From: an uncultured Chloroflexia bacterium
GTDB lineage: Bacteria; Chloroflexota; Limnocylindria; QHBO01
Direction: 5' to 3'
NCBI GenBank assembly: GCA_963771155.1
Contig: CAVYSK010000013.1
Span: forward strand, 16,919-80,918
Length of the DNA: 64,000 nucleotides
The notes beneath the pieces were generated by a model. It saw only the letters and a list, made by a program, of their open reading frames with translations, searched no databases and was not told the origin of the DNA. Below, piece by piece: positions 8,791-17,779 of the stretch (position 1 is its first letter; every line of letters starts with the position of its first letter). The translations under genes were made by a program, and so were the position numbers.

Positions 8791-9949
8791 GCGCCGGCAG
8801 CCTATCACGGGCCTTGAGCGAGCCCGCGGCAGGAGCGAATCGGTCGACGAACCGCGCGCTGGCGCGCCCATCGGACACCGCCAGGTGGCGCTGGACGAAC
8901 GCGTCGTATGCGTCGAGGTCGAAGTCGCCGGACAGGATCGCGGCGGCGACCGCATCGGTGTCGGCCACGTGGGTGCCGATCATGCCGGTGCGGTACTCGA
9001 TGTACATCCCGGGGTCGCGCTCGTACCGCTCGAGGTCGCCCACGATGAGGACGAGCGGACGTCGGAGCAGCGCCCACTCGAATATCGACGAGGAGTAGTC
9101 GGTGACGAGCACGTCGGTGACGGTGAAGACCTCGTTGATCTCGGCGGTGTAGTCGATGACCACGTCATAGCCCGCCGTTGGCGTGGCGGCGGGGTCGAGA
9201 TTCGGGTGGGTCTTGAGCACCAGCGCATGGTCCGCCGGCAGGGCGGCGCGCAGCCGCTCGGCGTCGAAGCCCGGCGGCGGACGCTTCGCCTCGCCGGCCC
9301 CGCGGAAGGTGGGCGCGTACAGCACGACCCTCCGGTCGCGCAGCTGCGGGTAGGCGACGAGCAGCCGCTCGCGCGCGGCGGCTATCGCATCGGCGTCGAA
9401 GAAGAAGTCGGTCCTGGGCGACCCGAGGGCCAGGACACGCTTCATCGGCGTGCGGAGCGCGTACGAGTAGGGACCGCGTGCCGCTTCACCGCCGACCACG
9501 ACGAAGTCGTAGTTGCGGTGCAGGAACCGCCGCTCCGAGGGATGCCGCAGGGCCGGCGCATCGAGCCCGAAGCGCTTCAGGGCGCCGGCCGCGTGCCAGA
9601 CCTGGACGACCGTCGTCTCGGGACGATGCGGAACGACGTGCACCGGGAAGTACGCGTTGTCGATCACGACCAGCCGCGACGTCTGCAGGTAGTAGGCGCC
9701 GCGGACGAGGCGCACGAAGTAGCGCAGCTTTGCGAGCCAGCCATAGCTGTACGGCTCGAGGAGGAAGACGCACTCGACGTCCGGTCGCTGGGTGTGCATC
9801 GCGCGGTGGATGGACGCCAGGTTGCCGTCGAGGACCGGGGTGCGGGCGGTCGCGAACACGACGCGATGGGAATGGAACGGGAAGTGCGCGAAGATGCGCC
9901 CGAGGATGCCGAGCAGCGTGCTCGCCAGCAGGTACTCGAGCCAGCCCAT
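8774..9949 (-). CDS. CDP-glycerol/alditol-phosphate transferase family protein (TagF/TagB-like), paralog 1
   Basis: 391-aa ORF with conserved TagF-family blocks VVQVWHAAGALKRFG, VVLYAPTFRG and VLVTDYSSSIFE. Confidence 0.85.
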   Translation of the reverse strand: MGWLEYLLASTLLGILGRIFAHFPFHSHRVVFATARTPVLDGNLASIHRAMHTQRPDVECVFLLEPYSYGWLAKLRYFVRLVRGAYYLQTSRLVVIDNAYFPVHVVPHRPETTVVQVWHAAGALKRFGLDAPALRHPSERRFLHRNYDFVVVGGEAARGPYSYALRTPMKRVLALGSPRTDFFFDADAIAAARERLLVAYPQLRDRRVVLYAPTFRGAGEAKRPPPGFDAERLRAALPADHALVLKTHPNLDPAATPTAGYDVVIDYTAEINEVFTVTDVLVTDYSSSIFEWALLRRPLVLIVGDLERYERDPGMYIEYRTGMIGTHVADTDAVAAAILSGDFDLDAYDAFVQRHLAVSDGRASARFVDRFAPAAGSLKARDRLPAHVHHE

Positions 9950-9952
9950 CGG

Positions 9953-10654
9953 TCAGACCTGCTTGCGGACGATGATGTTCTGGCCGTCCAGGATGCTCTC
10001 GGAGTCGTCGAGCAGCTTCGCGATCACGTCCGCCACCTCCTCGGGCTGCATGATCGTGCTCATGTCCTCCTCGGGGGCCAGGATCTGGCGCAGCTCGGTG
10101 GCGCAGCGTCCGGGCGAGATCGTGTAGACCTTGATACCGCTGCCGGCCAGCTCATCGGCCAGGGTGGATGAGAGCGACACGACCGCGGCCTTCGACGAGG
10201 CGTAGGCGAGCCAGCCCGGGCGCGACGTGATGCCTGCCGTGGACGCCACGTTCAGGATCTTGGCCGGATGGTGCTGCATCAACCGAACCGCCTCACGGAT
10301 GAGCACGATCATCGCGATGACGTTGACCGTGTACGTGCGCAGCACGTTCTCGTTCGTCGTGTCGAGCAGCGCCTTCGGCTCCGCGTATCCCGCGATGTTG
10401 CACAGCGCGTCGATCGACCCGAACCGATCGCGGATCGTACGCATCAGCGCCGGAACTCCCTCGAGGTCGGCGAGGTCGTAGGGGTAGATCTCGACGTCCG
10501 TCGAGCCATCCATGGCCGCGCGGGTCTCGGCGAGGCCAGCTGCGCTGCGCGCGATCAACGCCATGCCGGTCATGTCCGGCTCGCGGCTCAGACGGATGGC
10601 GGTTGCCCGACCGATCCCCTGGCTGGCCCCCGTGATGACCGCGACCTTGCCCAC
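9953..10654 (-). CDS. SDR-family oxidoreductase
   Basis: 233-aa ORF. TGASQGIG cofactor motif and YASSK catalytic motif. GTG start 3 nt after the upstream stop. Confidence 0.85.
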   Translation of the reverse strand: MGKVAVITGASQGIGRATAIRLSREPDMTGMALIARSAAGLAETRAAMDGSTDVEIYPYDLADLEGVPALMRTIRDRFGSIDALCNIAGYAEPKALLDTTNENVLRTYTVNVIAMIVLIREAVRLMQHHPAKILNVASTAGITSRPGWLAYASSKAAVVSLSSTLADELAGSGIKVYTISPGRCATELRQILAPEEDMSTIMQPEEVADVIAKLLDDSESILDGQNIIVRKQV

Positions 10655-10657
10655 CGG

Positions 10658-11365
10658 TCAGTCGCGCACCGGCTGGTCGAGACGACGCCCGACGAGGTCG
10701 GCGTAGATCGCCTCCGCGATGATGAGGTCCGTCGGCAGCGTGATCTTCAGATTGCGATCCGAACCGGGCAGGATGCGGACCGGCGCATCGGCGTACCGCA
10801 CGAAGAGGCTGGCGTCCTCGGTGAACCTCGCGCCGTCGCGTTGCGCCGCGTCGTGGGCGGCCCGCAGCAGGGCGGCGTCGAACTTCTGGGGAAGCTGGAC
10901 GTTGACCAGCTCGCTCCGCTCCAGGAGACCCTCGACGTAGTCGTGGCCCTTGAGCACCGTGAACGGGATCGGAATACCGAACATCGCGTTCGGGTCAGGC
11001 GCGTCGATCAATGCACGGAACTCGTCGGCGGTCACCAGCGGACGCACGGCTTCGTGAATGACGATGCTGTCGACACCCTCCAGCGCCTGGAGCCCGCGAT
11101 ACACCGACTCCTGCCGCGTGACGCCGCCCTCGATGCACCGAAACCGATCCTCGCCATAGCCGCGGTTGCCGATCAGCGCGCGAGTCTCCTCGAGATGGCT
11201 GGCCGGACAGGTGATCACGACGTCGGCGATCTCCGGTGTCGCGATCACCTTCTCGAGCACGTGCACGATCAGGGGGCTGCCGCCGAGCAGCAGGAACTGC
11301 TTCGGTATTGGCTGTCCGATGCGCTTGCCGATGCCCCCGGCCAGCACGATCATCCCGGTCGTCAT
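10658..11365 (-). CDS. IspD/TarI-family alditol-phosphate cytidylyltransferase
   Basis: 235-aa ORF with N-terminal IVLAGGIGKRIG...PKQFL motif of IspD/TarI nucleotidyltransferases. First gene of the minus-strand operon. Confidence 0.85.
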   Translation of the reverse strand: MTTGMIVLAGGIGKRIGQPIPKQFLLLGGSPLIVHVLEKVIATPEIADVVITCPASHLEETRALIGNRGYGEDRFRCIEGGVTRQESVYRGLQALEGVDSIVIHEAVRPLVTADEFRALIDAPDPNAMFGIPIPFTVLKGHDYVEGLLERSELVNVQLPQKFDAALLRAAHDAAQRDGARFTEDASLFVRYADAPVRILPGSDRNLKITLPTDLIIAEAIYADLVGRRLDQPVRD

Positions 11366-11502
11366 CCACCGCCTCCACCACTGCCGCAGCGGCCGTGGGG
11401 GCCGCTGGGTCCGCGTGATTGTACGGGCCGCGGGGCCGGCGTCGGACGGAGGCCCGGCATCCTGCGAGGCTGCCGACGCGCCCAGCCGATATCATCCGGC
11501 GC

Positions 11503-13155
11503 GTGCCAGACACGGACGCGCCGAAGCCGACCGCGGACGGGCCGACTGGCCCGAGGGTCGCGCTCGCCGCCATCGGGTGGGAGCGCAGTCCAGCTCGTGC
11601 TGACCCTGCGCGTCGATGGCGCCGACTCCGTGTCGGACCCTCACCTGCACCGCGAGGTCGCGGTGGACCGGGAACCGCCGGCACCCATGCCCCCGACCTG
11701 GAGCGGTCGCGGCGACGGCGGCCGCACGTCCTTCGGTTCAACATCATGCTCGGGCCGAGGCAGGCACCGTTGGCACCGGGCAGGTGGGCACTCATGCACC
11801 GGCCATCGGATGGCGAGCCCGTTCCGCTCATCGTGGCCGGTGCCGACCCGATCGAGGTCTTCCTGGCCGAGCGCACGTTCCGTCACCGCGGCGGGTGGCA
11901 CCGCATCGTCCCGGCGGTCGAGCGCGACTCCGGGATCCTGCGTCTCGAGATCGTCCGTCGCCGTCGTCGCGGTCGCCGGCGGCCGTGGTACCGCCGCCTC
12001 CGACCGTCGTGGGCGACCCCGTCCGGAATCCGCCGCCGCGTGTTCGCCGCCCTGCTCGCCTGGCACCGCGCCACCGGCGGGCGGAACGGACACCGAATCG
12101 TATTCACCTCCGACTCGCACGCCGCCTTGACCGGCAACCTCGCCGTGGTTCACGACCGGATGGTCGCGCGCGGGCTCGACCGCGACTACGAGCTGACGAC
12201 GATCTTCAAGCCGAGCGTGACCGCGAGCCGCAGCTGGGGCGACCGATGGCGACTGCCTCGGCTCCTCGCGCAAGCCGACGTGATCCTCCTCGACGACTAT
12301 CAGCCGGTCATCTACCGCCTGCCATCCGACCCCAGCCAGCGGATCATCCAGCTGTGGCACGCATCTGGGGCCCTCAAGACGGTCGGCTACAGCCGCGTCG
12401 GGAAGCCGGGCGGGCCGAGCCCGTACTGGCGCCGCCACAAGAACTACACCTTCGCCATCGTCAGCGGCCAGCACGACGTCCCGTACTACGCCGAGGCGTT
12501 CGGCCTGCCCGAGGAGCGAGTCGCGCCCACCGGCATCCCGCGCATGGACCGCTTCTTCGACGAGCAGCAGCGCGCCGCCGGGCGGGAGGCGGCGATGGCC
12601 GCGCTGCCATCGATCGCGGGGCACCGGGTAATCCTGTTTGCGCCGACATTTCGGGGGCATGGTCCGCGCGACGCCTGGTACGACTACGATCGGGTGGACT
12701 GGGCCGGTCTGCACACCGCAGCCACCGCGTGCGACGCGGTGGTGATCGTGAAGATGCATCCGTTCGTCAGTGAGCCGGCGCCGATCCCGAACGCCCTCCG
12801 TGACCGGATCGTCGACGCCACCAAGACGGCGATCGACGTCAACGACCTGCTCTTCGCGGTCGATCTGCTCGTCACCGACTACTCCTCGATCGTGTTCGAG
12901 TTCTCCACCCTGCTGAAGCCGATGCTCTTCTTCGCGTACGACCTGGAGGAGTACGTCGCCAGCCGCGACTTCTACGTCCCGTTCGAGGAGTTCGTCCCCG
13001 GCCGCATCGCGCGCACGTTCGATGAGGTGCTCGACGCGATCCATAACGACGCCTACGACCAGGACAAGGTCGCCTCATTCGCGCGTCGCCACTTCGACCA
13101 CCTCGATGGCAGCGCCACGGACCGTGTCATCGACGAGCTGATCATCGCCCGGTGA
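11503..13155 (+). CDS. TagF-family polyol-phosphate transferase, paralog 2, with N-terminal extension (internally frame-switched segment)
   Basis: C-terminal 380 aa carry TagF blocks IIQLWHASGALKTVG, VILFAPTFRG and LLVTDYSSIVFE. GTG 11503 lies 7 nt after a TATCAT box (leaderless-type). Codon bias moves to another frame between about 11584 and 11736 and then returns, although the ORF stays open. A conservative start is ATG 11746. Confidence 0.75.
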   Translation: MPDTDAPKPTADGPTGPRVALAAIGWERSPARADPARRWRRLRVGPSPAPRGRGGPGTAGTHAPDLERSRRRRPHVLRFNIMLGPRQAPLAPGRWALMHRPSDGEPVPLIVAGADPIEVFLAERTFRHRGGWHRIVPAVERDSGILRLEIVRRRRRGRRRPWYRRLRPSWATPSGIRRRVFAALLAWHRATGGRNGHRIVFTSDSHAALTGNLAVVHDRMVARGLDRDYELTTIFKPSVTASRSWGDRWRLPRLLAQADVILLDDYQPVIYRLPSDPSQRIIQLWHASGALKTVGYSRVGKPGGPSPYWRRHKNYTFAIVSGQHDVPYYAEAFGLPEERVAPTGIPRMDRFFDEQQRAAGREAAMAALPSIAGHRVILFAPTFRGHGPRDAWYDYDRVDWAGLHTAATACDAVVIVKMHPFVSEPAPIPNALRDRIVDATKTAIDVNDLLFAVDLLVTDYSSIVFEFSTLLKPMLFFAYDLEEYVASRDFYVPFEEFVPGRIARTFDEVLDAIHNDAYDQDKVASFARRHFDHLDGSATDRVIDELIIAR

Positions 13156-14321
13156 GCGCGCTCGTCGTCGTCATTCGCACCTGGCTGGTCCGCATCGGCT
13201 TCGCGCTCGGCTCGATGGGTCCGACGCCGCGGCGCGTCCTCATCGCGACCGCCCACGCGGATCGCCCGGCCGGCAACCTCGCGGCGATCCGGCGCGAGCT
13301 GGCCTCGCGGCATCCAACGGTGTCGGTGCGCGTCCTTGCCCATCGGACGAGCGGCGGCTGGGGTGGCCGGCTGGCCGGTGCGGTGGCCGCGGTCCGGGCC
13401 GGATACGCGATCGCCCGGGCGCGGGTGATCGTGATCGACGACTACTTCTTCCCGCTGTACGTCGTGTCCCCGCGTCCGGGGACCACGGTCCTCCAAACCT
13501 GGCACGCGTCGGGTGCCTTCAAGCGGTTCGGCCACAGCGTACGCGACGCGACCTTCGGCGCCGATGCGGCCCTCACGCAGCGCGTGCGGATCCACGCCAA
13601 CTACGACGTCTGCCTCGTCGGCTCGGCCGAGGCGGCACCCTGGTACGCAGAGGCGTTCGGGCTGCCGCTCGACCGATTCCGCTGGGATCTCGGCATCCCC
13701 CGCACCGATCCGCTCGTCGACCCGGATGGGAGGGCCGCGGCCGAGCGCCGCGTCCGGGAGCGCCATGGCATCCCCGACGGCCGCCAGATCATCCTCTGGG
13801 CGCCGACGTTCCGAGGCGACCGGGTTACCGACGCCCGCGATCCCGGGGCCCTGGACCTCGCGCGGATCGCATCGGTGCTCAGCGACGACTACGTGCTGCT
13901 GCTCCGCCTCCATCCCTTTGTTCGGGCCTCGACGCCGGTTCCGGCGGAGGCGGCAGGGTTCGTGCGCGACGCGAGCGGCGACGCGGACATCAACGAGCTG
14001 ATGCTGGCGGCCGATGTGCTCGTCACCGACTACTCGAGCCTGATCTTCGAGTACAGCCTGCTCGAGCGGCCGATGGCGTTCTTCGCGCCCGACCTCGAGG
14101 CCTACGAGCGAGAGCGAGGGTTCTACGTCGACGTCCGGAGCTGGGTCCCGGGTCCGGTGTTCACCACCACCGACGAGCTCGCGTCCTGGCTGCGCCACGG
14201 CACGCCGGATCTCGATCGCGTGCGACGCTTCCGAGCGTCCGCGTTCGCCGTGGCGGACGGCAGGGCAACCGAGCGGGTCGTCGACCGCGTGATCGTCCCC
14301 GGGCTCGATGCCCCCGGCTGA
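13152..14321 (+). CDS. TagF-family polyol-phosphate transferase, paralog 3
   Basis: 389-aa ORF with blocks VLQTWHASGAFKRFG, IILWAPTFRG and VLVTDYSSLIFE. Its start overlaps the paralog 2 stop. Confidence 0.85.
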   Translation: MSALVVVIRTWLVRIGFALGSMGPTPRRVLIATAHADRPAGNLAAIRRELASRHPTVSVRVLAHRTSGGWGGRLAGAVAAVRAGYAIARARVIVIDDYFFPLYVVSPRPGTTVLQTWHASGAFKRFGHSVRDATFGADAALTQRVRIHANYDVCLVGSAEAAPWYAEAFGLPLDRFRWDLGIPRTDPLVDPDGRAAAERRVRERHGIPDGRQIILWAPTFRGDRVTDARDPGALDLARIASVLSDDYVLLLRLHPFVRASTPVPAEAAGFVRDASGDADINELMLAADVLVTDYSSLIFEYSLLERPMAFFAPDLEAYERERGFYVDVRSWVPGPVFTTTDELASWLRHGTPDLDRVRRFRASAFAVADGRATERVVDRVIVPGLDAPG

Positions 14322-14327
14322 CGCCGC

Positions 14328-15744
14328 TCAGGGGTGCTCGAGCACCCCGGCCGCATGCGCCGGCCCCTCTGCGTGAGCGGGTGATGGCCGCGACGGCACG
14401 CGGCTGGCGACGAGCACCGCCCCGGCCGCCACGGCGACCATGATCGCGTCGACGATGGCCACGGCCGCCGTCAGCTCGAGGGTGCCCGCATCGGCCAGCG
14501 CCACGACGGCCCCGCCGACGCCGGCGCCGAAGGCGGTGCCGAGCGTGAACATCAGCTGGAACGCCGCCGAGCTGACGCCTTCCTCGCCAACCGGCGAGGT
14601 CTCGAGCGCCAGCAGGGCGAGCATCGAATAGGCGAGTCCCATCCCCAGCCCAGCGACCGCCCAGCCCGCGGCCGCCACCAGGATCGGCGCCGCCGGCAGC
14701 AGCACGAGCGTCGTGATCCCGATCCCGATGCCGATCAGCACCGACCCCACCGCGACGAGCGCCCGACGGATGCCGGCGGCGGCGGCTCGCGCCTGGCAGC
14801 CACGACCCGGTCGCCCACGCGACGGCCGCGGCGGACAACGCGATCCCCCCGAGCGTGACGGTGCCGCCCCGGACGTCGACCACCGTGAGCGGGACGAAGG
14901 CCTCGGTGCCGAAGAATGCGAAGGAGACGGCGAACGTGGCGACCATCACCGACGGACGGCCGCGCGCCAGCCGGAGGGTGCCCGGCGGGAGCAGGTGCCG
15001 CAGCGCTGCCGCGGCCAGCCACAGTCCGACGACCAGCAGCGGCGTCCCCGGCAGCGGCCACCCGACGGAGAGCCCGGCGAGGACAAGGGTGGATCCGATG
15101 GCCACCTGCACCGCGTCAAGCGCCCGACGTCCATGCCCGCGCGCCGGTGCCGTGCCCGGCTCGACGGGACCCATGCGGGCAAGCTGTGGATACACGGCGG
15201 CCCCCATGACGAGGACCGGCGGCACGATGCCGAGGAATACCCACCGCCAGCCGATCGTGTCGGTCACGAGGCCCGCCAGGGCGGGCCCAAGGAGCCCGGG
15301 CACGACCCAGGCGCTGGAAACCAACGCGATCATTCGCGGCCGTGCCGACGGCGCGTATCCACGGGCAATGGCCGCGTACACCACGGAGCCGAGCGCGCCT
15401 GACCCGAAGCCCTGGATCGCCCGCCCGGCGATGACGAGCGGCATCGAGGTGGCCACGCCCGACACGAGGAGGCCGGCGGCGAACAGCAGGGTTCCGACCG
15501 CCAGCGCGCGACCGGGGCCGCGGCGATCGGCGTCCGAGCCGGCGAGCGTGATGCCGATGACGTTCGTCAGCCAGAACGCGCTGAATGCCCAACCGTAGAG
15601 GTCCAGCCCGCCGAGCTCGCGGACGACCTCCGGGAGGACCGTCGGCACGGCCATGCCCTCGAAGGCCGCCGCGGTGACCAGGCCGATGAGGCCGGCCGTC
15701 AGCAGGCGCCGCTCCGGCGCCCACGCCCCTCCCGGGGCGGTCAC
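14328..15744 (-). pseudogene. MFS transporter, frameshifted (pseudogene or assembly indel)
   Basis: The N-terminal about 315 aa (ORF 14161..15744) are hydrophobic and MFS-like up to ...AWATGSW, then turn Arg-rich. The missing C-terminal helices are in ORF 14328..14750. Removing one base at GG 14795-14796 joins them as WLQARAAAAGIRRALVAVGSVLIG. Confidence 0.8.
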
Positions 15745-16916
15745 CCGGGGACCGCCGGCCCGAGCAGGAGCGGCGAGTCGAGCTTGGCCTCGTACCGTGG
15801 CCGGAAGCGCTCGACGTTGTACATGGCCGGGACGTCGATGGTGCGGGCGCCAAGCGACCGTTCCGGCAGCGGCGCGTGAGCGTAGTTCCCATCGCGAACG
15901 GCCACCATGCGACCGGTCTGACCATCGGCGAGCAGGTCGACCGCGATATTGGCGAACGTGATCGCCACGAGCTGGTCGAGCGCGTCGGGGTCGCCGGACC
16001 GCAGGTCGTAGGTGAGGTCGCTGTGAACCGTCTCCACGCCGGTCCGGCGCTTCAGCTCATCGGCCAACGCCTCCCCCACATCGGCCTTGTGGCGGTGGCC
16101 ATAGGCATCGGCCTCGCCGACCTCGGCGAGCTCGCCGCCCTGCCAGATGGCCCCTTCGCTGGCGATGACGAAGGCGTAGTTCGACGGGTTGAGCCGCCAA
16201 TCGTCCGCCAGCACCGCCGCGAGTGCATCGAGGTCGAAGGGTGCCTCGGGGATCACGCATCGGGCGCTGGTGACATACGCCGCGTACCAGGCGGTATAGC
16301 CGGCGTTGCGGCCGAAGATCCGGAACACCCCGATCCGCTCGTGGCTGCCGAGGGTCGTGCGCTGGCGGTTGATCAGCTCCTTGGCGCGCGTCACGGCGGT
16401 CGAGAAGCCGATGCAGTACTCGGTGCCCTGGACGTCGTTGTCCATCGTCTTGGGAATGGCAATCACCGGAAAGCCCTCCCCACCCAGGCGCTCGGCGTAG
16501 CTCAGCGTGTCGTCGCCGCCGATGACGACAAGCGCCTCGATGCCGAGCTGCTCGAGGTGCTCGAGCACGATGGGGGTGAGGTCGTATCGGCCGTCGCTCG
16601 CCTCCAGCTGCGCCAGGCGGGCGCGGTCGAGCCGGTCCGGCAGCGCACTGTCCGACATCGATGACGGGTTGGTCCGCGACGTGTGGAGGACGGTTCCCCC
16701 GGTCCGGTCGATGGCCCGCGTCGAGGCCCGGTCCAACCGCCGGATGAAGCCCCCGCCGTCATCGAGCGATGGGTCGACATGCGTCAGGCCCTTCCAGCCA
16801 CGCCGGATGCCGAGCGTCTCCCACCCGACCTCGCTCGACCGGTACACGACGCTCTTGATCACGGAGTTGAGGCCCGGGACGTCGCCGCCGCCGGTGAGGA
16901 TGCCGATGCGTTTCAT
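15741..16916 (-). CDS. 6-phosphofructokinase (ATP- or PPi-dependent)
   Basis: 391-aa ORF. MKRIGILTGGGDVPGLN and VVIGGDDT motifs of the PfkA family. Its stop overlaps the MFS start (ATGA). Confidence 0.9.
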   Translation of the reverse strand: MKRIGILTGGGDVPGLNSVIKSVVYRSSEVGWETLGIRRGWKGLTHVDPSLDDGGGFIRRLDRASTRAIDRTGGTVLHTSRTNPSSMSDSALPDRLDRARLAQLEASDGRYDLTPIVLEHLEQLGIEALVVIGGDDTLSYAERLGGEGFPVIAIPKTMDNDVQGTEYCIGFSTAVTRAKELINRQRTTLGSHERIGVFRIFGRNAGYTAWYAAYVTSARCVIPEAPFDLDALAAVLADDWRLNPSNYAFVIASEGAIWQGGELAEVGEADAYGHRHKADVGEALADELKRRTGVETVHSDLTYDLRSGDPDALDQLVAITFANIAVDLLADGQTGRMVAVRDGNYAHAPLPERSLGARTIDVPAMYNVERFRPRYEAKLDSPLLLGPAVPG

Positions 16917-17008
16917 GGCGTGCAGGCGCCATGCTGCCAGATCGATCGGGGTTTGTGGGAATCGCCGATTTCTGGCATACTTCGCTTCCGCAAACGGAGT
17001 TCCGCCCT

Positions 17009-17200
17009 GTGTCCTCGACCCCCACCAGTCAGCGCCGATACGTGACCTGGCGCCTTCCGGATCGCCACTTCAGCAAGGTCCATCTCGTCGGCGAGCCCGG
17101 CTCCACCGTCTGTGGCCGAGCCCTTCCGCGGGCCATCGGGCAGCCGAAGGCGCCGATCCCCGACTCGGAGATGTGCCCAGACTGCGACGCCCAGGGCTGA
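17009..17200 (+). CDS. small Cys-containing hypothetical protein (possible zinc-ribbon)
   Basis: The GC3-rich portion of ORF 16931..17200 starts at GTG 17009 with GGAG about 10 nt upstream. Contains TVCGR...MCPDC cysteines. Function unknown. Confidence 0.4.
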   Translation: MSSTPTSQRRYVTWRLPDRHFSKVHLVGEPGSTVCGRALPRAIGQPKAPIPDSEMCPDCDAQG

Positions 17201-17213
17201 TCTCGCGCATCTC

Positions 17214-17771
17214 ATGGCATCTTCGCCGGCCGCCGACGACCTCGGCGGCCGGTTCGTCGTCCTCTCCATCCCCGACGACGCCCTGGTCGTGCTCATCGGC
17301 ATCGCCGGCAGCGGCAAGTCCACGTTCGCGGCGCGCCACTTCGGCCCGACCGAAGTGCTCTCGTCCGATGCCATGCGGGCCATCATCGCCGATGACCCGC
17401 ATGCCCAGGGTGCCACCGACGACGCGTTCGACCTCCTGCATCGCCTGCTCGCGATGCGTCTGCGCCGGGGTCGGCGGACCGTCGTCGACGCCACGAACGT
17501 CGAGGGCTGGGCACGCGGGCAGCTGGTCGAGATCGCCCGCCGCCATCGCCGCCCGGCCGTGGCGATCGTGCTGGACGTGCCGATCGAGGTCGCCATGGAA
17601 CGCAACCTGGCACGGCCTGAGCCGCGGCCCCCGAACGCGGCGCTTCGACGCCAGCACCGGTGGCTTCAGCAGACGCTCCGCGAGCTCCCGGATGAGGGCT
17701 TTGCCGCCGTCCACCATCTCCGCGGGCCGGCGGAGATCGACGCGGTGCGCATCGAGCGGCAGAGGCGCTAG
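17214..17771 (+). CDS. AAA_33-type ATP-binding protein (polynucleotide-kinase-like P-loop kinase)
   Basis: ATG 17214. Walker A GIAGSGKST and VVDATN motif. Size and layout resemble stand-alone Pnkp-type kinase domains. Confidence 0.75.
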   Translation: MASSPAADDLGGRFVVLSIPDDALVVLIGIAGSGKSTFAARHFGPTEVLSSDAMRAIIADDPHAQGATDDAFDLLHRLLAMRLRRGRRTVVDATNVEGWARGQLVEIARRHRRPAVAIVLDVPIEVAMERNLARPEPRPPNAALRRQHRWLQQTLRELPDEGFAAVHHLRGPAEIDAVRIERQRR

Positions 17772-17779
17772 ACCCGCCC

